A stretch of DNA of 64,000 nucleotides from the human T2T-CHM13v2.0 reference genome, Homo sapiens, in assembly GCF_009914755.1 (NCBI RefSeq), contig NC_060946.1, one strand, 5' to 3'. A program made the position numbers and the translations under genes. The notes beneath the pieces are model-generated. The model did no database searches. It saw only the letters and a list, made by a program, of their open reading frames with translations, and was not told the DNA's origin. This document shows, in pieces, positions 10,201 to 23,290 of the stretch; positions within the stretch are counted from its first letter, which is position 1, and each line of letters begins with the position of its first letter.

Positions 10201-13200
10201 CAGAATGCTTCTTTCTAGCTTGTAGGGGAAGATATTCCCTTTATCACCATGGGCCTCCAACCGTCCGAAACGTCCACTTCCATATACTACAAAAAGAGCG
10301 TTTCAAACCTGCTCTAGGAAAGGCAATGTTCAACTCTGTGACTTGAATGCAGACATCACAGAGCAGTTTCTGAGAATGCTTCTGTCTAGATTTTATAGGA
10401 AGATATTCCCGTTTCCAACGAAATCTTCACAGCTATCCAAATATCCACTTGCAGATTCTACAAAAAGAGTGTATCAAAACTGCTCTGTCAAAAGGAAGGT
10501 TCTTCTCTGTTAGGTGAGTGCATACGTCATAAAGGAGTTTCTGAGAATGTTTCTGTCTAGTGGTTATGGGAAGATATTTGCTTTTTCACCGTAGGCCTCA
10601 GAGCGCTCCAAATATCCACTTGCACATACTACAAAAAGAGTGCCTCAAAGCTGCTCTTTGAAACGGAATGTTCAACTCTATGAGTTGAATGCAAACATCA
10701 CAAAGACGTTTCTGAGAATGCTTCTGTCTAGATTTGATATGAAGATATTCCCGTTTCCAACGAAATCTTCAAATCTATCCAAATGTCCACTTGCAGATTC
10801 AACAAAAAGTGTTTTTCAGAACTGCTCTATCAAAAGAAAGATCCACCTCTGTTAGCTGAGTTCACACATCACAAACAAGTTTATGAGAATGCTTCTGTCT
10901 AGTTTTTATTTGAAGATATTTCCTTTCTCACCATAGACCTGAAAGCTGTCCTAATGTTCACTTCCAGATACTACAGAAAGAGTGTTTCAAAACTGCTGTA
11001 CGAAAGGGAATGTTCAACTCTGTGACTTGAATGCACACATCACAAAGAAGTTTCTGAGGATGCTGCTGTCTACTTTTTATACGTAATCCCGTTTCCAACG
11101 AAATCCTCCAAGCTATCCAAATATCCACTTGCAGATTCCACAGAAAGACTGTTTCAAAACTGCTCTGTCAATAGAAAGGTTCAACTCTGTTAGCTGCGTG
11201 CATATATCCCAAAGAAGATTCTGAGATTGCTTCTGTCTAGTTTTTATGGGAAGATATTTCCCTTTTCACCGTAGGCGTCAAGGCGCTCCAAATGTCCACT
11301 TCCAGATACTACAAAAAGAGGGTTTCAAACGTACTCTGAGAAAGGGAATATTCAACTCTGTGACTTGAATGCAGATATCACAAAGAAGTTTCTGAGAATG
11401 CTTCTGTCGAGATTTTATATGAAGATATTCCCGTTTCCAACGAAATCCTGAAATCTATCCAAATATCCCCTCGCAGATTCTACAAAAAGAGTGTTTCAAA
11501 ACTGTTCTGTAAAAAGAAAGGTTCAACTCTGTTAGTTGAGTACACACATCACAAACAAGTATCACAGAATGCTTCTTTCTAGCTTGTAGGGAAAGATATT
11601 CCCTTTATCACCATGGGCCTCAAACCGTCCGAAACGTCCACTTCCATATACTTCAAAAAGAGCGTTTCAAACCTGCTCTATGAAAGGCAATGTTCATCTC
11701 TGTGACTTGAATGCAGACATCACAGAGCTGTTTCTGAGAATGCTTCTATCTAGATTTTATAGGATGATATTCCCGTTTCCAACGAAATCTTCACAGCTAT
11801 CCAAATATCCACTTGCAGATTCTACAAAAAGAGTGTATCCAAACTGCTCTGGCAAAAGGAAGGTTCTTCTCTGTTAGGTGAGTGCATACGTCATAAAGGA
11901 GTTTCTGAGAATGTTTCTGTCTAGTGGTTATGGGAAGATATTTGCTTTTTCACCGTAGGCCTCAGAGCGCTCCAAATATCCACTTGCACATACTACAAAA
12001 AGAGTGCCTCAAAGCTGCTCTCTGAAATGGAATGTTCAACTCTATGAGTTGAATGCAAACATCACAAAGACGTTTCTGAGAATGCTTCTGTCTAGATTTG
12101 ATATGAAGATATTCCCGTTTCCAACGAAATCTTCAAATCTATCCAAATGTCCACTTGCAGATTCAACAAAAAGTGTTTTTCAGAACTGCTCTATCAAAAG
12201 AAAGATCCACCTCTGTTAGCTGAGTTCACACATCCAAACAAGTTTATGAGAATGCTTCTGTCTAGTTTTTATTTGAAGATATTTCCTTTCTCACCATAGA
12301 CCTGAAAGCTGTCCTAATGTTCACTTCCAGATACCACAGAAAGAGTGTTTCAAAACTGCTGTACGAAAGGGAATGTTCAACTCTGTGACTTGAATGCACA
12401 CATCACAAAGAAGTTTCTGAGGATGCTGCTGTCTACTTTTTATACGTAATCCCGTTTCCAACGAAATCCTCCAAGCTATCCAAATATCCACTTGCAGATT
12501 CCACAGAAAGACTGTTTCAAAACTGCTCTGTCAATAGAAAGGTTCAACTCTGTTAGCTGCGTGCATATATCCCAAAGAAGATTCTGAGATTGCTTCTGTC
12601 TAGTTTTTATGGGAAGATATTTCCCTTTTCACCGTAGGTGTCAAGGCGCTCCAAATGTCCACTTCCAGATACTACAAAAAGAGTGTTTCAAACCTGCTCT
12701 GTGATAGGGAATATTCAACTCTGTGACTTTAATGCACATATCACAAAGAAGTTTCTGATAATGCTTCTGTCGAGATTTTATATGAAGATATTCCCGTTTC
12801 CAACGAAATCCTGAAATCTATCCAAATATCCCCTCGCAGATTCTACAAAAAGAGTGTTTCAAAACTGCTCTGTAAAAAGAAAGGTTCAACTCTGTTAGTT
12901 GAGTACACACATCACAAACAAGTTTCACAGAATGCTTCTTTCTAGCTTGTAGGGGAAGATATTCCCTTTATCACCATGGGCCTCCAACCGTCCGAAACGT
13001 CCACTTCCATATACTACAAAAAGAGCGTTTCAAACCTGCTCTATGAAAGGCAATGTTCAACTCTGTGACTTGAATGCAGACATCACAGAGCAGTTTCTGA
13101 GAATGCTTCTGTCTAGATTTTATAGGAAGATATTCCCGTTTCCAACGAAATCTTCACAGCTATCCAAATATCCACTTGCAGATTCTACAAAAAGAGTGTA

Positions 13201-15299
13201 TCAAAACTGCTCTGTCAAAAGGAAGGTTCTTCTCTGTTAGGTGAGTGCATACGTCATAAAGGAGTTTCTGAGAATGTTTCTGTCTAGTGGTTATGGGAAG
13301 ATATTTGCTTTTTCACCGTAGGCCTCAGAGCGCTCCAAATATCCACTTGCACATACTACAAAAAGAGTGCCTCAAAGCTGCTCTCTGAAACGGAATGTTC
13401 AACTCTATGAGTTGAATGCAAACATCACAAAGACGTTTCTGAGAATGCTTCTGTCTAGATTTGATATGAAGATATTCCCGTTTCCAACGAAATCTTCAAA
13501 TCTATCCAAATGTCCACTTGCAGATTCAACAAAAAGTGTTTTTCAGAACTGCTCTATCAAAAGAAAGATCCACCTCTGTTAGCTGAGTTCACACATCACA
13601 AACAAGTTTATGAGAATGCTTCTGTCTAGTTTTTATTTGAAGATATTTCCTTTCTCACCATAGACCTGAAAGCTGTCCTAATGTTCACTTCCAGATACTA
13701 CAGAAAGAGTGTTTCAAAACTGCTGTACGAAAGGGAATGTTCAACTCTGTGACTTGAATGCACACATCACAAAGAAGTTTCTGAGGATGCTGCTGTCTAC
13801 TTTTTATACGTAATCCCGTTTCCAACGAAATCCTCCAAGCTATCCAAATATCCACTTGCAGATTCCACAGAAAGACTGTTTCAAAACTGCTCTGTCAATA
13901 GAAAGGTTCAACTCTGTTAGCTGCGTGCATATATCCCAAAGAAGATTCTGAGATTCCTTCTGTCTAGTTTTTATGGGAAGATATTTCCCTTTTCACCGTA
14001 GGCGTCAAGGCGCTCCAAATGTCCACTTCCAGATACTACAAAAAGAGTGTTTCAAACCTACTCTGTGAAAGGGAATATTCAACTCTGTGACTTGAATGCA
14101 CATATCACAAAGAAGTTTCTGAGAATGCTTCTGTCGAGATTTTATATGAAGATATTCCCGTTTCCAACGAAATCCTGAAATCTATCCAAATATCCCCTCG
14201 CAGATTCTACAAAAAGAGTGTTTCAAAACTGCTCTGTAAAAAGAAAGGTTCAACTCTGTTAGTTGAGTACACACATCACAAACAAGTTTCACAGAATGCT
14301 TCTTTCTAGCTTGTAGGGGAAGATATTCCCTTTATCACCATGGTCCTCAAACCGTCCGAAACGTCCACTTCCATATACTACAAAAAGAGCGTTTCAAACC
14401 TGCTCTAGGAAAGGCAATGTTCAACTCTGTGACTTGAATGCAGACATCACAGAGCAGTTTCTGAGAATGCTTCTGTCTAGATTTTATAGGAAGATATTCC
14501 CGTTTCCAACGAAATCTTCACAGCTATCCAAATATCCACTTGCAGATTCTACAAAAAGAGTGTATCAAAACTGCTCTGTCAAAAGGAAGGTTCTTCTCTG
14601 TTAGGTGAGTGCATACGTCATAAAGGAGTTTCTGAGAATGTTTCTGTCTAGTGGTTATGGGAAGATATTTGCTTTTTCACCGTAGGCCTCAGAGCGCTCC
14701 AAATATCCACTTGCACATACTACAAAAAGAGTGCCTCAAAGCTGCTCTCTGAAACGGAATGTTCAACTCTATGAGTTGAATGCAAACATCACAAAGACGT
14801 TTCTGAGAATGCTTCTGTCTAGATTTGATATGAAGATATTCCCGTTTCCAACGAAATCTTCAAATCTATCCAAATGTCCACTTGCAGATTCAACAAAAAG
14901 TGTTTTTCAGAACTGCTCTATCAAAAGAAAGATCCACCTCTGTTAGCTGAGTTCACACATCACAAACAAGTTTATGAGAATGCTTCTGTCTAGTTTTTAT
15001 TTGAAGATATTTCCTTTCTCACCATAGACCTGAAAGCTGTCCTAATGTTCACTTCCAGATACTACAGAAAGAGTGTTTCAAAACTGCTGTACGAAAGGGA
15101 ATGTTCAACTCTGTGACTTGAATGCACACATCACAAAGAAGTTTCTGAGGATGCTGCTGTCTACTTTTTATACGTAATCCCGTTTCCAACGAAATCCTCC
15201 AAGCTATCCAAATATCCAGTTGCAGATTCCACAGAAAGACTGTTTCAAAACTGCTCTGTCAATAGAAAGGTTCAACTCTGTTAGCTGCGTGCATATATC

Positions 15300-18200
15300 C
15301 CAAAGAAGATTCTGAGATTGCTTCTGTCTAGTTTTTATGGGAAGATATTTCCCTTTTCACCGTAGGCGTCAAGGCGCTCCAAATGTCCACTTCCAGATAC
15401 TACAAAAAGAGTGTTTCAAACCTACTCTGTGAAAGGGAATATTCAACTCTGTGAGTTGAATGCACATATCACAAAGAAGTTTCTGAGAATGCTTCTGTCG
15501 AGATTTTATATGAAGATATTCCCGTTTCCAACGAAATCCTGAAATCTATCCAAGAATCCCCTCGCAGATTCTACAAAAAGAGTGTTTCAAAACTGCTCTG
15601 TAAAAAGAAAGGTTCAACTCTGTTAGTTGAGTACACACATCACAAACAAGTTTCACAGAATGCTTCTTTCTAGCTTGCAGGGGAAGATATTCCCTTTATC
15701 ACCATGGTCCTCAAACCGTCCGAAACGTCCACTTCCATATACTACAAAAAGAGCGTTTCAAACCTGCTCTAGGAAAGGCAATGTTCAACTCTGTGACTTG
15801 AATGCAGACATCACAGAACAGTTTCTGAGAATGCTTCTGTCTAGATTTTATAGGAAGATATTCCCGTTTCCAACGAAATCTTCACAGCTATCCAAATATC
15901 CACTTGCAGATTCTACAAAAAGAGTGTATCAAAACTGCTCTGTCAAAAGGAAGGTTCTTCTCTGTTAGGTGAGTGCATACGTCATAAAGGAGTTTCTGAG
16001 AATGTTTCTGTCTAGTGGTTATGGGAAGATATTTGCTTTTTCCCCGTAGACCTCAGAGCGCTCCAAATGTCCACTTGCACATGCTACAAAAAGAGTGCTT
16101 CAAAGCTGCTCTCTGAAAGGGAATGTTCAACTCTATGAGTTGAATGTAAACATCACAAAGACGTTTCTGAGAATGCTTCTGTCTAGATTTGATATGAAGA
16201 TATTCCCGTTTCCAACGAAATCTTCAAATCTATCCAAATGTCCACTTGCAGATTCAACAAAAAGTGTTTTTCAAAACTGCTGTATCAAAAGAAAGATCCA
16301 CGTCTGTTAGCTGAGTTCACACATCACAAACAAGTTTATGAGAATGCTTCTGTCTAGTTTTTATTTGAAGATATTTCCTTTCTCACCATAGACCTGAAAG
16401 CTGTCCTAATGTTCACTTCCAGATACTACAGAAAGAGTGTTTCAAAACTACTGTACGAAAGGGAATGTTCAACTCTGTGACTTGAATGCACACATCACAA
16501 AGAAGTTTCTGAGGATGCTGCTGTCTACTTTTTATACGTAATCCCGTTTCCAACGAAATCCTCCAAGCTATCCAAATATCCACTTGCAGATTCCACAGAA
16601 AGACTGTTTCAAAACTGCTCTGTCAATAGAAAGGTTCAACTCTGTTAGCTGCGTGCATATATCCCAAAGAAGATTTTGAGATTGCTTCTGTCTAGTTTTT
16701 ATGGGAAGATATTTCCCTTTTCACCGTAGGTGTCAAGGCTCTCCAAATGTCCACTTCCAGATACTACAAAAAGTGTGTTTCAAACCTACTCTGTGAAAGG
16801 GAATATTCAACTCTGTGACTTTAATGCACATATCACAAAGAAGTTTCTGAGAATGCTTCTGTCGAGATTTTATATGAAGATATTCCCGTTTCCAAAGAAA
16901 TCCTGAAATCTATCCAAATATCCCCTCGCAGATTCTACAAAAAGAGTGTTTCAAAACTGCTCTGTAAAAAGAAAGGTTCAACTCTGTTAGTTGAGTACAC
17001 ACATCACAAACAAGTTTCACAGAATGCTTCTTTCTAGCTTGTAGGGGAAGATATTCCCTTTATCACCATGGGCCTCCAACCGTCCGAAACGTCCACTTCC
17101 ATATACTACAAAAAGAGCGTTTCAAACCTGCTCTAGGAAAGGCAATGTTCAACTCTGTGACTTGAATGCAGACATCACAGAGCAGTTTCTGAGAATGCTT
17201 CTGTCTAGATTTTATAGGAAGATATTCCCGTTTCCAACGAAATCTTCACAGCTATCCAAATATCCACTTGCAGATTCTACAAAAAGAGTGTATCAAAACT
17301 GCTCTGTCAAAAGGAAGGTTCTTCTCTGTTAGGTGAGTGCATACGTCATAAAGGAGTTTCTGAGAATGTTTCTGTCTAGTGGTTATGGGAAGATATTTGC
17401 TTTTTCACCGTAGGCCTCAGAGCGCTCCAAATATCCACTTGCACATACTACAAAAAGAGTGCCTCAAAGCTGCTCTTTGAAACGGAATGTTCAACTCTAT
17501 GAGTTGAATGCAAACATCACAAAGACGTTTCTGAGAATGCTTCTGTCTAGATTTGATATGAAGATATTACCGTTTCCAACGAAATCTTCAAATCTATCCA
17601 AATGTCCACTTGCAGATTCAACAAAAAGTGTTTTTCAGAACTGCTCTATCAAAAGAAAGATCCACCTCTGTTAGCTGAGTTCACACATCACAAACAAGTT
17701 TATGAGAATGCTTCTGTCTAGTTTTTATTTGAAGATATTTCCTTTCTCACCATAGACCTGAAAGCTGTCCTAATGTTCACTTCCAGATACTACAGAAAGA
17801 GTGTTTCAAAACTGCTGTACGAAAGGGAATGTTCAACTCTGTGACTTGAATGCACACATCACAAAGAAGTTTCTGAGGATGCTGCTGTCTACTTTTTATA
17901 CGTAATCCCGTTTCCAACGAAATCCTCCAAGCTATCCAAATATCCACTTGCAGATTCCACAGAAAGACTGTTTCAAAACTGCTCTGTCAATAGAAAGGTT
18001 CAACTCTGTTAGCTGCGTGCATATATCCCAAAGAAGATTCTGAGATTGCTTCTGTCTAGTTTTTATGGGAAGATATTTCCCTTTTCACCGTAGGCGTCAA
18101 GGCGCTCCAAATGTCCACTTCCAGATACTACAAAAAGAGTGTTTCAAACCTACTCTGTGAAAGGGAATATTCAACTCTGTGACTTGAATGCACATATCAC

Positions 18201-21200
18201 AAAGAAGTTTCTGAGAATGCTTCTGTCGAGATTTTATATGAAGATATTCCCGTTTCCAACGAAATCCTGAAATCTATCCAAATATCCCCTCGCAGATTCT
18301 ACAAAAAGAGTGTTTCAAAACTGTTCTGTAAAAAGAAAGGTTCAACTCTGTTAGTTGAGTACACACATCACAAACAAGTATCACAGAATGCTTCTTTCTA
18401 GCTTGTAGGGAAAGATATTCCCTTTATCACCATGGGCCTCAAACCGTCCGAAACGTCCACTTCCATATACTACAAAAAGAGTGTTTCAAACCTGCTCTAT
18501 GAAAGGCAATGTTCAACTCTGTGACTTGAATGCAGACATCACAGAGCAGTTTCTGAGAATGCTTCTGTCTAGATTTTATAGGAAGATATTCCCGTTTCCA
18601 ACGAAATCTTCACAGCTATCCAAATATCCACTTGCAGATTCTACAAAAAGAGTGTATCAAAACTGCTCTGTCAAAAGGAAGGTTCTTCTCTGTTAGGTGA
18701 GTGCATACGTCATAAAGGAGTTTCTGAGAATGTTTCTGTCTAGTGGTTATGGGAAGATATTTGCTTTTTCCCCGTAGACCTCAGAGCGCTCCAAATGTCC
18801 ACTTGCACATGCTACAAAAAGAGTGCTTCAAAGCTGCTCTCTGAAAGGGAATGTTCAACTCTATGAGTTGAATGTAAACATCACAAAGACGTTTCTGAGA
18901 ATGCTTCTGTCTAGATTTGATATGAAGATATTCCCGTTTCCAACGAAATCTTCAAATCTATCCAAATGTCCACTTGCAGATTCAACAAAAAGTGTTTTTC
19001 AAAACTGCTGTATCAAAAGAAAGATCCACGTCTGTTAGCTGAGTTCACACATCACAAACAAGTTTATGAGAATGCTTCTGTCTAGTTTTTATTTGAAGAT
19101 ATTTCCTTTCTCACCATAGACCTGAAAGCTGTCCTAATGTTCACTTCCAGATACTACAGAAAGAGTGTTTCAAAACTGCTGTACGAAAGGGAATGTTCAA
19201 CTCTGTGACTTGAATGCACACATCACAAAGAAGTTTCTGAGGATGCTGCTGTCTACTTTTTATACGTAATCCCGTTTCCAACGAAATCCTCCAAGCTATC
19301 CAAATATCCACTTGCAGATTCCACAGAAAGACTGTTTCAAAACTGCTCTGTCAATAGAAAGGTTCAACTCTGTTAGCTGCGTTCATATATCCCAAAGAAG
19401 ATTCTGAGATTGCTTCTGTCTAGTTTTTATGGGAAGATATTTCCCTTTTCACCGTAGGCGTCAAGGCGCTCCAAATGTCCACTTCCAGATACTACAAAAA
19501 GAGTGTTTCAAACCTACTCTGTGAAAGGGAATATTCAACTCTGTGACTTGAATGCACATATCACAAAGAAGTTTCTGAGAATGCTTCTGTCGAGATTTTA
19601 TATGAAGATATTCCCGTTTCCAAAGAAATCCTGAAATCTATCCAAGAATCCCCTCGCAGATTCTACAAAAAGAGTGTTTCAAAACTGCTCTGTAAAAAGA
19701 AAGGTTCAACTCTGTTAGTTGAGTACACACATCACAAACAAGTTTCACAGAATGCTTCTTTCTAGCTTGCAGGGGAAGATATTCCCTTTATCACCATGGT
19801 CCTCAAACCGTCCGAAACGTCCACTTCCATATACTACAAAAAGAGCGTTTCAAACCTGCTCTAGGAAAGGCAATGTTCAACTCTGTGACTTGAATGCAGA
19901 CATCACAGAACAGTTTCTGAGAATGCTTCTGTCTAGATTTTATAGGAAGATATTCCCGTTTCCAACGAAATCTTCACAGCTATCCAAATATCCACTTGCA
20001 GATTCTACAAAAAGAGTGTATCAAAACTGCTCTGTCAAAAGGAAGGTTCTTCTCTGTTAGGTGAGTGCATACGTCATAAAGGAGTTTCTGAGAATGTTTC
20101 TGTCTAGTGGTTATGGGAAGATATTTGCTTTTTCCCCGTAGACCTCAGAGCGCTCCAAATGTCCACTTGCACATGCTACAAAAAGAGTGCTTCAAAGCTG
20201 CTCTCTGAAAGGGAATGTTCAACTCTATGAGTTGAATGTAAACATCACAAAGACGTTTCTGAGAATGCTTCTGTCTAGATTTGATATGAAGATATTCCCG
20301 TTTCCAACGAAATCTTCAAATCTATCCAAATGTCCACTTGCAGATTCAACAAAAAGTGTTTTTCAAAACTGCTGTATCAAAAGAAAGATCCACGTCTGTT
20401 AGCTGAGTTCACACATCACAAACAAGTTTATGAGAATGCTTCTGTCTAGTTTTTATTTGAAGATATTTCCTTTCTCACCATAGACCTGAAAGCTGTCCTA
20501 ATGTTCACTTCCAGATACTACAGAAAGAGTGTTTCAAAACTACTGTACGAAAGGGAATGTTCAACTCTGTGACTTGAATGCACACATCACAAAGAAGTTT
20601 CTGAGGATGCTGCTGTCTACTTTTTATACGTAATCCCGTTTCCAACGAAATCCTCCAAGCTATCCAAATATCCACTTGCAGATTCCACAGAAAGACTGTT
20701 TCAAAACTGCTCTGTCAATAGAAAGGTTCAACTCTGTTAGCTGCGTGCATATATCCCAAAGAAGATTTTGAGATTGCTTCTGTCTAGTTTTTATGGGAAG
20801 ATATTTCCCTTTTCACCGTAGGTGTCAAGGCTCTCCAAATGTCCACTTCCAGATACTACAAAAAGTGTGTTTCAAACCTACTCTGTGAAAGGGAATATTC
20901 AACTCTGTGACTTTAATGCACATATCACAAAGAAGTTTCTGAGAATGCTTCTGTCGAGATTTTATATGAAGATATTCCCGTTTCCAAAGAAATCCTGAAA
21001 TCTATCCAAATATCCCCTCGCAGATTCTACAAAAAGAGTGTTTCAAAACTGCTCTGTAAAAAGAAAGGTTCAACTCTGTTAGTTGAGTACACACATCACA
21101 AACAAGTTTCACAGAATGCTTCTTTCTAGCTTGTAGGGGAAGATATTCCCTTTATCACCATGGGCCTCCAACCGTCCGAAACGTCCACTTCCATATACTA

Positions 21201-23290
21201 CAAAAAGAGCGTTTCAAACCTGCTCTAGGAAAGGCAATGTTCAACTCTGTGACTTGAATGCAGACATCACAGAGCAGTTTCTGAGAATGCTTCTGTCTAG
21301 ATTTTATAGGAAGATATTCCCGTTTCCAACGAAATCTTCACAGCTATCCAAATATCCACTTGCAGATTCTACAAAAAGAGTGTATCAAAACTGCTCTGTC
21401 AAAAGGAAGGTTCTTCTCTGTTAGGTGAGTGCATACGTCATAAAGGAGTTTCTGAGAATGTTTCTGTCTAGTGGTTATGGGAAGATATTTGCTTTTTCAC
21501 CGTAGGCCTCAGAGCGCTCCAAATATCCACTTGCACATACTACAAAAAGAGTGCCTCAAAGCTGCTCTTTGAAACGGAATGTTCAACTCTATGAGTTGAA
21601 TGCAAACATCACAAAGACGTTTCTGAGAATGCTTCTGTCTAGATTTGATATGAAGATATTACCGTTTCCAACGAAATCTTCAAATCTATCCAAATGTCCA
21701 CTTGCAGATTCAACAAAAAGTGTTTTTCAGAACTGCTCTATCAAAAGAAAGATCCACCTCTGTTAGCTGAGTTCACACATCACAAACAAGTTTATGAGAA
21801 TGCTTCTGTCTAGTTTTTATTTGAAGATATTTCCTTTCTCACCATAGACCTGAAAGCTGTCCTAATGTTCACTTCCAGATACTACAGAAAGAGTGTTTCA
21901 AAACTGCTGTACGAAAGGGAATGTTCAACTCTGTGACTTGAATGCACACATCACAAAGAAGTTTCTGAGGATGCTGCTGTCTACTTTTTATACGTAATCC
22001 CGTTTCCAACGAAATCCTCCAAGCTATCCAAATATCCACTTGCAGATTCCACAGAAAGACTGTTTCAAAACTGCTCTGTCAATAGAAAGGTTCAACTCTG
22101 TTAGCTGCGTGCATATATCCCAAAGAAGATTCTGAGATTGCTTCTGTCTAGTTTTTATGGGAAGATATTTCCCTTTTCACCGTAGGCGTCAAGGCGCTCC
22201 AAATGTCCACTTCCAGATACTACAAAAAGAGTGTTTCAAACCTACTCTGTAAAAGGGAATATTCAACTCTGTGACTTGAATGCACATATCACAAAGAAGT
22301 TTCTGAGAATGCTTCTGTCGAGATTTTATATGAAGATATTCCCGTTTCCAACGAAATCCTGAAATCTATCCAAATATCCCCTCGCAGATTCTACAAAAAG
22401 AGTGTTTCAAAACTGTTCTGTAAAAAGAAAGGTTCAACTCTGTTAGTTGAGTACACACATCACAAACAAGTATCACAGAATGCTTCTTTCTAGCTTGTAG
22501 GGAAAGATATTCCCTTTATCACCATGGGCCTCAAACCGTCCGAAACGTCCACTTCCATATACTACAAAAAGAGTGTTTCAAACCTGCTCTATGAAAGGCA
22601 ATGTTCAACTCTGTGACTTGAATGCAGACATCACAGAGCAGTTTCTGAGAATGCTTCTGTCTAGATTTTATAGGAAGATATTCCCGTTTCCAACGAAATC
22701 TTCACAGCTATCCAAATATCCACTTGCAGATTCTACAAAAAGAGTGTATCAAAACTGCTCTGTCAAAAGGAAGGTTCTTCTCTGTTAGGTGAGTGCATAC
22801 GTCATAAAGGAGTTTCTGAGAATGTTTCTGTCTAGTGGTTATGGGAAGATATTTGCTTTTTCCCCGTAGACCTCAGAGCGCTCCAAATGTCCACTTGCAC
22901 ATGCTACAAAAAGAGTGCTTCAAAGCTGCTCTCTGAAAGGGAATGTTCAACTCTATGAGTTGAATGTAAACATCACAAAGACGTTTCTGAGAATGCTTCT
23001 GTCTAGATTTGATATGAAGATATTCCCGTTTCCAACGAAATCTTCAAATCTATCCAAATGTCCACTTGCAGATTCAACAAAAAGTGTTTTTCAAAACTGC
23101 TGTATCAAAAGAAAGATCCACGTCTGTTAGCTGAGTTCACACATCACAAACAAGTTTATGAGAATGCTTCTGTCTAGTTTTTATTTGAAGATATTTCCTT
23201 TCTCACCATAGACCTGAAAGCTGTCCTAATGTTCACTTCCAGATACTACAGAAAGAGTGTTTCAAAACTGCTGTACGAAAGGGAATGTTC
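15300..23290. repeat. Tandem duplication of a 3-HOR (4,092-bp) block; boundaries approximate
   Basis: ORF variant pairs 15627/19719, 16095/20187, 17459/21551, 18481/22573 and 18823/22915 are all offset by 4092, and rare variants CAAGAATCCC, AACTACTGT and GATATTACCG are shared. Confidence 0.88.

Noticed and set aside
15627-20060. Two longer 113-aa ORFs
   Set aside because: A TAG>CAG change (TTGTAGG>TTGCAGG) joins two satellite frames, and the pair exists only because of the 4,092-bp duplication.
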